Below, piece after piece: positions 47,342-56,497 of a stretch of DNA of 64,000 nucleotides (position 1 is the first letter of the stretch; the number at the start of each line of letters is the position of its first letter). A program made the position numbers and the translations under genes. The notes below the pieces were generated by a model. It was not told the DNA's origin and did not search any database. It saw nothing but the letters and a program-made list of their open reading frames with translations. This stretch comes from an uncultured Chitinophagaceae bacterium (GTDB taxonomy: Bacteria > Bacteroidota > Bacteroidia > Chitinophagales > Chitinophagaceae): contig CALIIL010000085.1 of the NCBI GenBank assembly GCA_938017685.1, positions 2,819-66,818 of the forward strand, given 5' to 3'.

Positions 47342-48442
47342 CTAGTACTCAACAGCTTTTTCATTTAGCATTCTAAATTTAAAGCCACAATCACAGCTAT
47401 GATTAAAATCGTTAGTATCATAAATGCTAACTTCCTCACCGCATGTACAAACAAAGTGTAAGGAGTTGCAGAACTGACAATTTCCTGCCTCCAAATGCAA
47501 GAAGTTATTGTAATATCTATTCCTTTTTTCAGAATCTGTTATAGCATCTTCGCCATTAAATATGATAAATAGTTGATTGGGATTTAAATACGAGCTCGTT
47601 CTTCTTTGGACAAACAGAGTGTTATTAAGTTCAACAATATGATAAGTGTGTAGTTCTTCATTAGCAACAAATTGGCAGCCAATATATTTTAAGTAAGTCT
47701 CTTTTTCAATGTAATCTATTGTTTCTTTACTACTTGAAATAGCAATACCAAGGTTTGTATTATAGGAGATATTGGCTGAATTGAATAAGTCAATTAAATC
47801 CTCATGGATTAGCTCTTCGTTACTTGGGGAACTAAACTCGTTCTTGTTGAATGATATAAAATATGCGGCTGGTAATTCAACATATTGATTGTCTTGCCGT
47901 TTTTTCTTGACGAAATCGATTGAACTTAAAAGAATTAAGCAATCAGCAATATTGTTTTTTGAATTGTGAAAAGGTGCAATTTTTTTTAACCCCCTTTTAG
48001 AACATTCTATCAAGTTTGCATCACTAATTTCTGCTCTTACTGTTTTAGTATAAATAATTTCATTTATTTTTTGGATGTGCTTTTCAGAACGTTCAATAAA
48101 GTTAATAGTGTTATTGATTTTATTTTTAATCTCCTTTGTATTTTTGTTCTGATTTTTGAGACCTGTCTTTTTGTAAATGTTTTTTATTTCGTTTTGTAAT
48201 TTTTTATTTAAATCGGAAATTTCATTTTCTTCTTCAGTTATTATTTTTCTTATGCTTTTTTCATTCCTGTTCCATTCGTCTATAATAATATCATTAATTA
48301 GCACATAAATATCCGGTTGGCTAGTGAATTGAATAAACTCATCTAATAGATTGAAATGTTCTTCTCTTAAATATGATTTTTTCTTTGTGTCATATCCATT
48401 TGCTAAAAATATCCAAGTATTTGTATCAAGTATTAAATACAT
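47342..48442 (-). CDS. PIN-like nuclease-fold protein with coiled-coil insert and C-terminal Cys-cluster (zinc-ribbon-like) domain; function unknown
   Basis: The segments MYLILDTNTWIF, IIIDEW, NNIADCLILLSS and FISFNKNEF lie in PIN-like order. A K/N/E-rich helical insert covers about residues 60-135. The C-terminal Cys cluster is CQFC-x6-CTC-x16-CDC. The ATG is 2 nt after the lon stop. Confidence 0.5.
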   Translation of the reverse strand: MYLILDTNTWIFLANGYDTKKKSYLREEHFNLLDEFIQFTSQPDIYVLINDIIIDEWNRNEKSIRKIITEEENEISDLNKKLQNEIKNIYKKTGLKNQNKNTKEIKNKINNTINFIERSEKHIQKINEIIYTKTVRAEISDANLIECSKRGLKKIAPFHNSKNNIADCLILLSSIDFVKKKRQDNQYVELPAAYFISFNKNEFSSPSNEELIHEDLIDLFNSANISYNTNLGIAISSSKETIDYIEKETYLKYIGCQFVANEELHTYHIVELNNTLFVQRRTSSYLNPNQLFIIFNGEDAITDSEKRNRYYNNFLHLEAGNCQFCNSLHFVCTCGEEVSIYDTNDFNHSCDCGFKFRMLNEKAVEY

Positions 48443-48444
48443 AT

Positions 48445-50859
48445 TTACATCCCCAACGCAATCGACAAAACCTCTTCCATTTTATCGACATAATGGAATT
48501 TTAATCCGCGGATAAACTGTTCTGGTATTTCTTCAATGTCGCTTTCGTTTTCAGAACAAAGAATAATTTCTTTAATGCCCGAGCGCTTTGCTGCCAATAT
48601 TTTTTCTTTAATGCCACCTACTTTTAGTACTTGACCGCGTAGGGTTATTTCGCCACTCATGGCTACATTTTTCTTAACCTTTTTACCAAGAATAGCCGAT
48701 GTTAAGGAAGTAAGCATAGTTACACCAGCGCTAGGTCCGTCCTTTGGAATAGCCCCTTCGGGTACATGCACATGGAACTGACTATTATCAATGTCGCCAG
48801 CATCAAGGCCTAAGCTTTCGGCATGGGCTTTAATATAAGTCAGGGCTGTTGTGGCACTTTCTTTCATCACTTTTCCTAAGTTTCCAGTCAAGGTTAATCC
48901 ACCCTTCCCTTTGCTTTTAGCCGTTTCTATAAAGAGTATGTCGCCACCCACATAAGTCCAAGCCAGACCTACAGCTACACCAGCTGGATTATCTTTTTTG
49001 TACAGTTCAATATTGTACTTAGGCTTGCGTAATATCTCACCAATTTCTAGCTCGGTTATTTTAAATTCTTTTTTCTTCGGATCAGTAGCTACTTGCATGG
49101 CAATGTTTCGCATTACGGAAGCCAGCTGTCTATCTAATTCGCGCACGCCGCTTTCGCGCGTATAATCTTCAATCACTTTCCTAATGGCTACATTGTTTAA
49201 GCTTACTTTATGCTTTTTTAAACCATGTGCTTCTTTCTGCTTTGGAATTAAATGCTTCTTGGCAATTTCTATTTTTTCCTCAACAGCATAACCGTTTAAA
49301 TCTATTATTTCTAATCGATCACGCAAGGCAGGTTGTATTTCGCGCAAGCTATTGGCCGTTGCAATGAATAGTACTTTGCTTAAATCATACTCTAATTCTA
49401 AATAGTTATCATAGAAGGTATGGTTCTGTTCTGGGTCTAATATTTCTAATAAAGCAGAGCTAGGATCACCGCGAAAATCTTTTCCTAACTTATCTATTTC
49501 ATCTAAAATAAATACAGGGTTGCTAGACTTTACTTTGCGTAAAGATTGCACAACACGCCCTGGCATAGCACCAATATATGTTTTACGATGTCCACGCAAT
49601 TCGCTTTCGTCAGACATACCGCCTAAGCTTAGGCGCACGTACTTGCGGTTTATTGCATGCGCGATACTTTTGCCTAAAGAAGTCTTACCAATGCCCGGAG
49701 GTCCGATAAAGCAAAGGATTGGCGATTTCATGTCACCTTTTAATTTAAGTACTGCTATATATTCTAATATGCGATCTTTAATTCTGTGCATCCCATAATG
49801 ATCGCCGTCTAAGACTTTGCGTGCTTTGGGAATATCATAAGTGTCGGTTGTATAAGTATCCCACGGCAAGTCTAGAATTAAATCTAAGTGATTATAGGTA
49901 ATAGAATAATCAGGTGTAGTTGGATGCATACGCTCCAATTTCTGGATGCTTTTATCAAATAGTTCTTTAGCTGTTTTGCTTAGTTTTATTTTCTCTGCAC
50001 GCTGTACTAAATCTTTTATTTCTCTATCATTACTATCACCCCCTAATTCTTCTTTAATAGACTTCAATTGCTGTTGCAAGAAATACTCGCGTTGTTGCTG
50101 ATCAATATCTTGTTTGGTCTTATTAGTAATTTTGTTTTTCAACTCTACATGCTGCAATTCAACTTGTAATAGTTTAAGTAACATTTCGGTGCGCTCAGTA
50201 AAGTTATCTGTCTCCAACATTTGCTGCTTCTCTTGTAGCGTGCAATTCAGGTTTGAAGAAATGAAGTGATTTAAGAAAGCAACATTCTCAATGTTTTTCA
50301 AAATAATACCCGCTTCTTGAGGCACGTTCTGCGATTTCTTTAGTATTTGCTCCGCCATATCGCGCACACTGTCGGTCATGGCTTTAAAGCCTTTGGTGGC
50401 TTTGGGCAATATATCTTTAAGGTAAGTCACATTAGCCTTGAAATATGGATCTTCTTGTGAGAATGAATCAATTTGAAAGCGCACTTGGCCGCGAATAAAA
50501 ACCGTAAGGCTATTGTCGGGCATACGTATCATCTTAATGATTTGAGCCAGTGTACCTACTTTGTATAAGTCATTAGCACCTGGCTCATCTACTTTATCGT
50601 CCATTTGAGCAATTACGCCCAAGAACTTACCATTCTTATCGGCAAATTGTACGGCCTCTACTGATTTCTCGCGAGATACCGTAATAGGTATAACCACATT
50701 AGGGAAGAAAACCATGTTTCTCAAGGTGAGAATTGTTAAATCCTTTTTAGGTAAATTTTTCTTTTCATCATCGCTTAGCTCATCTTCCGTGAGCGGCACA
50801 ATTGGCATTATATCCATATCCTGATCTTGATTCCCGAAATATTGTCTGTCAAATCCCAT
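48445..50859 (-). CDS. lon: endopeptidase La (LonA protease)
   Basis: Lon N-domain, AAA+ module (GPPGIGKTS, Walker B FILDEIDK), and S16 protease domain (DGPSAGVTM with downstream catalytic Lys). Confidence 0.97.
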   Translation of the reverse strand: MGFDRQYFGNQDQDMDIMPIVPLTEDELSDDEKKNLPKKDLTILTLRNMVFFPNVVIPITVSREKSVEAVQFADKNGKFLGVIAQMDDKVDEPGANDLYKVGTLAQIIKMIRMPDNSLTVFIRGQVRFQIDSFSQEDPYFKANVTYLKDILPKATKGFKAMTDSVRDMAEQILKKSQNVPQEAGIILKNIENVAFLNHFISSNLNCTLQEKQQMLETDNFTERTEMLLKLLQVELQHVELKNKITNKTKQDIDQQQREYFLQQQLKSIKEELGGDSNDREIKDLVQRAEKIKLSKTAKELFDKSIQKLERMHPTTPDYSITYNHLDLILDLPWDTYTTDTYDIPKARKVLDGDHYGMHRIKDRILEYIAVLKLKGDMKSPILCFIGPPGIGKTSLGKSIAHAINRKYVRLSLGGMSDESELRGHRKTYIGAMPGRVVQSLRKVKSSNPVFILDEIDKLGKDFRGDPSSALLEILDPEQNHTFYDNYLELEYDLSKVLFIATANSLREIQPALRDRLEIIDLNGYAVEEKIEIAKKHLIPKQKEAHGLKKHKVSLNNVAIRKVIEDYTRESGVRELDRQLASVMRNIAMQVATDPKKKEFKITELEIGEILRKPKYNIELYKKDNPAGVAVGLAWTYVGGDILFIETAKSKGKGGLTLTGNLGKVMKESATTALTYIKAHAESLGLDAGDIDNSQFHVHVPEGAIPKDGPSAGVTMLTSLTSAILGKKVKKNVAMSGEITLRGQVLKVGGIKEKILAAKRSGIKEIILCSENESDIEEIPEQFIRGLKFHYVDKMEEVLSIALGM

Positions 50860-50983
50860 ATTAGTCTGTCTTTTTTTCAGTAAAGTGTGTAGAAGCCCTA
50901 TATAATTACAATAGTCCTCCTATTTATCAAGGTGCGTGCCAAAGCCAAAGAATATATAGTTACTAGTTTATTGATCAAGCTTA

Positions 50984-51577
50984 CTATTTCCAATAATTGT
51001 AAGCTTTGTAAAAGTTATTCATCGGGTCAATGCAATCAAATACATTTTTTATTGACTTCTTGTCTATTACTTCTTCAATACAAAGTATAAAACTAGAATA
51101 ACTTGAAAACCAATTTCTGTGAGAAAGAGCTTTTTGTCCATTATGCCAATTGCTCATTTCAAATAGTGCAATAGGAGGATCTGCTATAAGCTCGTTCATA
51201 TTTAGGCAAACGAACCATTCATCGTTATAAATTCCAAAGGGAATTAAATTTTGAGCCAATATTTTAAGACAAATGTCATCAAATGAAATGTAACCTTTCA
51301 GGGCTTCGAGATTACCAGCAATACGTATGCCATGACTTTCTATATCACCGTCTAATATTTTGTACTCTTGGTAAAATGATTTGAATACTTGAGGTAGGGG
51401 CCGTTTAATTCTAATTTCTATTTCTTTAAAATCACTATTGCTAATATTACTAGGTTTTAATACTTCTTTCCAATAATTTTTCTCAGTTAAACCGAAGTCA
51501 CTGAATTCTAGGTACAAGTCTTTATACTGGGTATAATACATTGTATAAAAAGAGGTGAGGTTTAAAGTCTTATTCAT
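50984..51577 (-). CDS. SMI1/KNR4 (SUKH-1) family immunity-type protein
   Basis: 197 aa. The pattern ...PLPQVFKSFYQEY......IPFG...DEWFVCLN... is SUKH/SMI1-like. Call is from memory. Confidence 0.65.
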   Translation of the reverse strand: MNKTLNLTSFYTMYYTQYKDLYLEFSDFGLTEKNYWKEVLKPSNISNSDFKEIEIRIKRPLPQVFKSFYQEYKILDGDIESHGIRIAGNLEALKGYISFDDICLKILAQNLIPFGIYNDEWFVCLNMNELIADPPIALFEMSNWHNGQKALSHRNWFSSYSSFILCIEEVIDKKSIKNVFDCIDPMNNFYKAYNYWK

Positions 51578-51621
51578 TTTACAATTAAACTAAAGATACA
51601 TCTAACTAATACTACAACAAA

Positions 51622-51647
51622 AGCGAAGCACAAGAGCTTCGCTTTTT
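51622..51647. terminator. hairpin terminator downstream of the HtrA-type protease gene
   Basis: 8-bp stem agcgaagc/gcttcgct with a 6-nt loop, flanked by an A4 run and a T5 run. Confidence 0.55.
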
Positions 51648-51670
51648 ACAATGTTTTAAATATCTAAGGA

Positions 51671-53170
51671 TTAATTCATTCTAAAGCTATAAAAGTAATT
51701 TCCTTCATAGTTGGGGTAAAACCCTCCCATCTGGAATTCTTTACTCTCTGAACTAAATACTTTTTGCAAATCCTTCTTTGAATAAATGCGTGTTTCATTT
51801 ACTTCAGTAATGACAAAGCCTTTTTTAATACGCGTATATTTTGATAATGCGCCATTGGTAATATCGGTAATTATTACGCCTCCTCTTGATTGTAAGGCAT
51901 TCTTTTCTTTAGTCGTTAAATCTCTAAAGCTTGCGCCCAATGTTTTTTCATAATTAGCACGTGCTGCTTTCTTTACAATCTCTGTATTGCCTAAGCTGTT
52001 TTTCAGCACAACGGTTTTATTAATCGTACGTCCATTACGTTCTAAGGTTACATTGATCTTGTCACCAGGACGCAGTCGAGCTACATTTTCTTGTAACTGA
52101 GCGCCTGTATTTATTTTCTTTTGACCAATGGATACTAGAATATCGCCTTTTTGAATGCCAGCTTTATCTGCACCACTACCTTCAATAACATTATTAATAT
52201 AAATACCGTTGATGTTATCTAAATTAAATTGTTTTCTCGTTGCAGGATCTTTCGTTTTAGAATCTACAAAGTTTATACCTAAGTAAGCGCGTTGCACATT
52301 TCCAAACTGACGCATATCATCCACTACCTTTTTAACTAAGTTGGCTGGTATAGCATAAGAATAACCGGCATAACTTCCTGTTGGAGATGCAATCGCGGAG
52401 TTGATGCCTATGAGTTGTCCGCTCGCATTAACTAATGCACCGCCAGAGTTACCTGGGTTTACAGCTGCATCAGTTTGTATAAAACTTTCAATGGCATTTA
52501 CACCGGCTTTTCGCTGGTTTACGCCAATGTTTCTTTGTTTAGCACTTACAATTCCTGCTGTTACTGTTGTCTCTAAATTTAAAGGGTAGCCAACGGCTAA
52601 TACCCATTCGCCTAGGCGTACTTTGTCTGAGTTTCCAAATGAAAGAAAGGGTAGGCCTGTTTCGGATACTTTGAGTAATGCTAAATCTGTGGATGGGTCA
52701 GTTCCCATAACTTTAGCCTTTACAGTACGTTTATTATTAAAAGTCACGGTTACTTCATCCGCACCATCTACTACGTGATTGTTGGTCACAATAAAACCAT
52801 CTGCGCTAATAATAACCCCAGAACCTGAAGCGGATTGCGGAGCATTATATTGTCTTTGTCCAAAGGGGCTACCAAAAAACTCAGCAAATGGATCGCGGTA
52901 GCGCACATTGGTTGCTTTTGTTTCTGTCTTAATATGAACTACTGCTTTGGCCGAAGCTTCAGCTGCGTCTTCTAAATTTACATAGCCTACAACAGCTGAT
53001 GCAGTTGCTGGAGCTTCGCCAGTGTATTTTGCATTTTGTAATTTGAAGCCATCATTCAATGTTTCACTTTGTGCAAACACTTGATCGTTGTAAATATATT
53101 TTTTGGCAACGATAAAAGTTAGCAATGAGGTTAGAGCGGCTACTGTTATTATTCCAAATATTCTTTTCAT
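51671..53170 (-). CDS. Do/DegP/HtrA family periplasmic serine endopeptidase with two PDZ domains
   Basis: Catalytic triad contexts TNNHVV, DLALLKV and GNSGGAL. Signal anchor MKRIFGIITVAAL. Start moved to ATG 53170. Confidence 0.9.
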   Translation of the reverse strand: MKRIFGIITVAALTSLLTFIVAKKYIYNDQVFAQSETLNDGFKLQNAKYTGEAPATASAVVGYVNLEDAAEASAKAVVHIKTETKATNVRYRDPFAEFFGSPFGQRQYNAPQSASGSGVIISADGFIVTNNHVVDGADEVTVTFNNKRTVKAKVMGTDPSTDLALLKVSETGLPFLSFGNSDKVRLGEWVLAVGYPLNLETTVTAGIVSAKQRNIGVNQRKAGVNAIESFIQTDAAVNPGNSGGALVNASGQLIGINSAIASPTGSYAGYSYAIPANLVKKVVDDMRQFGNVQRAYLGINFVDSKTKDPATRKQFNLDNINGIYINNVIEGSGADKAGIQKGDILVSIGQKKINTGAQLQENVARLRPGDKINVTLERNGRTINKTVVLKNSLGNTEIVKKAARANYEKTLGASFRDLTTKEKNALQSRGGVIITDITNGALSKYTRIKKGFVITEVNETRIYSKKDLQKVFSSESKEFQMGGFYPNYEGNYFYSFRMN

Positions 53171-53332
53171 ATTACTTCTATATTTTGATGTAAAATTAAA
53201 TTGTAAAGGCTGTTCAACAATCATTTTAAAATTCTTTTAACTCACTTTTACAGCGGTGTGAAAGAATGTTTAAAGCTTAACAAATGTTGTTATTATTGGA
53301 GTTGCGCAAAAAGATAATTAATTTAGCAAGGC

Positions 53333-53899
53333 ATGCTCACCCCATTTATAGAACAGCTCAATCAAATATTTACTTTAAGTGATGCACTTGAAAAATCCCT
53401 GTATGCACATACAGAAGTAAAGACCATTGCTAAGCACGATTTGCTCTTGCGCGAGGGAGAATGTTCTGACCATGTCACCGCTGTGTTGAGTGGATTGTTA
53501 CGATCGTATTATTTAAAAGATGGTCATGATATTACCTCACGCTTTACAGGAGCAGGTGATGTTGTACTCTCGGTCAATAGTTTTTATTCTCGGCAGCTTG
53601 GATATGAATTTTTACTAGCAATGGAAAAAACGACCGTGGCAAGAATTACTTATGACCAAATGCAAGCTTACTTAAAAGATCATCTCGAATTTAATTATGT
53701 TGTGCGCACATTTACTGAGAAGTATTATGCGGCTAGTGAGGAACATTTATTTTATCTGCGCAAACAAAGTGCCGAAGAAAAATGGAAGTATTTCTTGGAG
53801 CGTTACCCGCATTTAGTGCAGACCGTGGCGTTGAAACATATTGCATCTTTCCTTGGAATGAATACAGAGACTTTGAGTAGGGTTCGAGCGTTGAAGTAG
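53333..53899 (+). CDS. Crp/Fnr family transcriptional regulator
   Basis: cNMP-binding-like N-domain and a C-terminal HTH (IASFLGMNTETLSRVR). Confidence 0.8.
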   Translation: MLTPFIEQLNQIFTLSDALEKSLYAHTEVKTIAKHDLLLREGECSDHVTAVLSGLLRSYYLKDGHDITSRFTGAGDVVLSVNSFYSRQLGYEFLLAMEKTTVARITYDQMQAYLKDHLEFNYVVRTFTEKYYAASEEHLFYLRKQSAEEKWKYFLERYPHLVQTVALKHIASFLGMNTETLSRVRALK

Positions 53900-53901
53900 C
53901 A

Positions 53902-54879
53902 TTACAACTTACTCAAAAACTCCATCGTATCCACACCATCGGCAAAGTCACTGATGCTTGGCTGTTGTGCTGCGCCAAAGGGAATGTAATCATGTCCCAT
54001 AATGGCTTGCACATCTTCATTATCTGCGAGTGATTTATCCACTTCGTTTTTATCAGTATAGAATTCATAGTTTATAACAGCGAGCGGAGTATGTAAGTGC
54101 TCTTTCTCTACAATTAATAATGCCTTGGTGCTCATGTACATTTTTTGATTGAGTAAAAGTAGAGACAATTGATAGTCGTAATTATTTTTATGCTTGTGCA
54201 TCATTTCTAAATAATCATAACGGCTAAATGCTTTGACCATCGGTTCAAACTTGTAATCTTCAGGAACATATAACTTTGTAATATTTCTACAACCTAAACC
54301 GAAATATGCATGTATATCATCGGCTAGTAAGTTCATTTCATCTTCTGTTTCAGTGCCGTCTAATATGGCTACAGATGTTCTATTCCTGCGCAGTATGCTT
54401 GGGTATTTGCCAAAATATTCTTTAAATACCTTATGACTTTGATTGCTACCAGTCGCAATATAAGCATCACAGTTTTTGGCTTGCTCTTCTACTTGAATAT
54501 TGAGCTTAGGATCGAGGGCTTGCAATTGATTGATAACAAAAGTCATAAGCACCTTATCCTTGCTCGATAGTTTGACTACTAAATCATGCCCACTAAGCAC
54601 AGCGCATAATAAATCATGGAAGCCCACCATAGGTATATTGCCTGCCATGATAATCCCAACTTTCTTTTTACTGCTTGGGGCATTGTATTTTTTGGCAAAT
54701 GATGTCAATATTTCCTGATCTAAATAAGCCGAACAAATTGCTTCTGTGCTCTGCATGATAAATTCTTGCGTAAACCAAGAATTCTCAATTTCGGCACGTT
54801 GTGCCGCTTGCATAAAGGCTTCATTCTCTTTATTAAGATATTTTTTTAATTGAATTAAAGCTTGCAGTCCGTTTTCCAT
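53902..54879 (-). CDS. acyl-CoA reductase (LuxC-like) family protein
   Basis: 325 aa. The overall pattern (GIIMAGNIPMVGFHD..., FGLGCRN) resembles the LuxC-type acyl-CoA reductases conserved in Bacteroidota. Confidence 0.7.
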   Translation of the reverse strand: MENGLQALIQLKKYLNKENEAFMQAAQRAEIENSWFTQEFIMQSTEAICSAYLDQEILTSFAKKYNAPSSKKKVGIIMAGNIPMVGFHDLLCAVLSGHDLVVKLSSKDKVLMTFVINQLQALDPKLNIQVEEQAKNCDAYIATGSNQSHKVFKEYFGKYPSILRRNRTSVAILDGTETEDEMNLLADDIHAYFGLGCRNITKLYVPEDYKFEPMVKAFSRYDYLEMMHKHKNNYDYQLSLLLLNQKMYMSTKALLIVEKEHLHTPLAVINYEFYTDKNEVDKSLADNEDVQAIMGHDYIPFGAAQQPSISDFADGVDTMEFLSKL

Positions 54880-54891
54880 AATTTTTATTCG

Positions 54892-54899
54892 TAAATTTG
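54892..54899 (+). promoter_or_regulatory. Bacteroidetes -7 box (TAAATTTG) upstream of the ferredoxin gene
   Basis: Exact TAnnTTTG, 25 nt upstream of ATG 54924. The ORF-track TTG start lies inside the box. Confidence 0.4.
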
Positions 54900-54916
54900 A
54901 CGTTTAACAAAGAACG

Positions 54917-54924
54917 CAAAAGTA
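54917..54924 (-). promoter_or_regulatory. Bacteroidetes -7 box (TACTTTTG) upstream of the LuxC-like gene
   Basis: Exact TAnnTTTG on the minus strand, 38 nt upstream of ATG 54879. Confidence 0.35.
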
Positions 54925-55271
54925 TGGCAATTATAATAACAGAAGAATGCATAAACTGTGGGGCATGTGAACCGGAATGTCCGAATAATGCAATTTACGA
55001 AGGAGGAGTAGAGTGGAATATAGCAGATGGTACTTCAGTAAAAGGGATTTTTCAATTAATGGATGGTAAGGAAATTGATGCAGATGAAAGAATACTACCT
55101 GTATCTAACGATGTATATTATATCACACCAGATAAGTGTACGGAGTGTCAAGGTTTCCATGAGGAGCCACAATGCGCTGCTGTATGTCCTGTTGATTGTT
55201 GTGTGCCTAATGAAGATGTAGTTGAAACGGAAGAGCAATTATTAGCTAAGAAAGATAAATTACACCTTTAA
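54924..55271 (+). CDS. 4Fe-4S dicluster ferredoxin
   Basis: CINCGACEPECP and CTECQGFHEEPQCAAVCP cysteine motifs. Confidence 0.85.
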   Translation: MAIIITEECINCGACEPECPNNAIYEGGVEWNIADGTSVKGIFQLMDGKEIDADERILPVSNDVYYITPDKCTECQGFHEEPQCAAVCPVDCCVPNEDVVETEEQLLAKKDKLHL

Positions 55272-55274
55272 TTC

Positions 55275-56003
55275 ATGCGCAATCTAATTGTTCTTTTTGC
55301 CTGTCTATTTTCTCTGAGTGCAAGGGCTCAGACCTTGGACACCCTACGTACCAAAATGAACAATAAGGATTTTGTAGAAATTGTAGACAAAAATAAAAAT
55401 GTGCGCATCTCTGGTTTTGAACAAAATGGTTTCAAGACTGGGGCATGGACACATTTTGATCAATATGGTCATCCGCAGGAAATTATTAGTTACGATCATG
55501 GTGTTATGAGCGGTACCAAAGTAAGCTTTGATTTAAGTTTTCATTTAAAAGAAGTGGAGACTTTTCAGCAAGGCAAGCTCAATGGTCCTAAAAGAGTATT
55601 TTACCCAAATGGGCAATTGAAATCTTTGAGTTATTATTCTAATGGAATAAAAAATGGCTTTGAGAAAAAGTACTTTCAAAATGGTCGCTTACAAAGTGAA
55701 GCCCGTTACGATAATAATGGAAAAGAAGATGGCGACCAAATATGGTACGCTGCCAACGGAAATAAAGCGGCAGAATATGAATACAAGCATGGAACGATTG
55801 ATGGCTTTGTTTCTTTTTATTATGAAAATGGACAAGTGAGTGAAATGGGGAACTATGCCGCTGATAAGAAAGATGGCTTATGGAAAGAGTTCTATAGAGA
55901 TGGAACTATGAAAGCAGAAGGTAAGTATTCTAAGGATGTAAAAACAGGCACCTGGACTTTCTATAATAAAGAAGGCAAGCGCACGAGTACTAAAAAATAC
56001 TAA
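55275..56003 (+). CDS. exported MORN-repeat-variant protein (YwqK antitoxin-like family)
   Basis: Signal peptide MRNLIVLFACLFSLSARAQ, then repeated G....YY.NG....E..Y.NGK..G units. Confidence 0.7.
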   Translation: MRNLIVLFACLFSLSARAQTLDTLRTKMNNKDFVEIVDKNKNVRISGFEQNGFKTGAWTHFDQYGHPQEIISYDHGVMSGTKVSFDLSFHLKEVETFQQGKLNGPKRVFYPNGQLKSLSYYSNGIKNGFEKKYFQNGRLQSEARYDNNGKEDGDQIWYAANGNKAAEYEYKHGTIDGFVSFYYENGQVSEMGNYAADKKDGLWKEFYRDGTMKAEGKYSKDVKTGTWTFYNKEGKRTSTKKY

Positions 56004-56006
56004 ATC

Positions 56007-56495
56007 ATGAATGTGTTATCACTTTTTAAACCCATTAAACATTTTATTTTTGATGTAGACGGTGTGCTAACTGACGGGACACTCTTAGTGGAGGGGAGCG
56101 GTCACTTAGCAAGAACAATGCATGCACGCGATGGTTATGCAATGAATGCGGCTATTAAAAAAGGCTACGATATAATCATTATCACGGGAGGTAAGTCCGA
56201 AGCAGTTGAGAAACGATTACGTGGTTTGGGTATTGAGCAAGTATTTATTGGCGTAAAGGATAAAGTAGCGGTGCTAAATTCTTTGAAAAATGTAGATTTA
56301 GAAAAGTCAATATATATGGGTGATGACATGCCTGATTATGACGTGATACAAAAAGTAGGGTTGCCTACTTGCCCGCAAGATGCTTGTAACGAAATCAAAG
56401 ATTTATCTAAATACATTTCACCAATCAATGGTGGGAAAGGTTGCGTACGCGACGTGATAGAAAAGGTGTTGAAGTTAAATAACGATTGGCTGTAG
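56007..56495 (+). CDS. kdsC: HAD-IIIA hydrolase, KDO 8-phosphate phosphatase KdsC-like
   Basis: Blocks FDVDGVLTDG, ITGG and GDDMPD. Confidence 0.8.
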   Translation: MNVLSLFKPIKHFIFDVDGVLTDGTLLVEGSGHLARTMHARDGYAMNAAIKKGYDIIIITGGKSEAVEKRLRGLGIEQVFIGVKDKVAVLNSLKNVDLEKSIYMGDDMPDYDVIQKVGLPTCPQDACNEIKDLSKYISPINGGKGCVRDVIEKVLKLNNDWL

Positions 56496-56497
56496 GT

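Noticed and set aside
47320-47352. An AT-rich imperfect hairpin (gagtagta ... tagtactc around the palindrome ttaattaa) between the convergent retropepsin-like and PIN-like genes might be a bidirectional terminator.
   Set aside because: The stem has a mismatch, is very AT-rich and lacks a clear T-run, so it is too weak to report as a feature.
50930-50940. The 7-mer TGCGTGC is shared between the region downstream of the SMI1 gene and the region downstream of the HEAT gene (about 62360-62370). This might be a common cassette signature.
   Set aside because: The match is only 7 nt, the two copies are in opposite orientation relative to the genes, and it is well within chance expectation.
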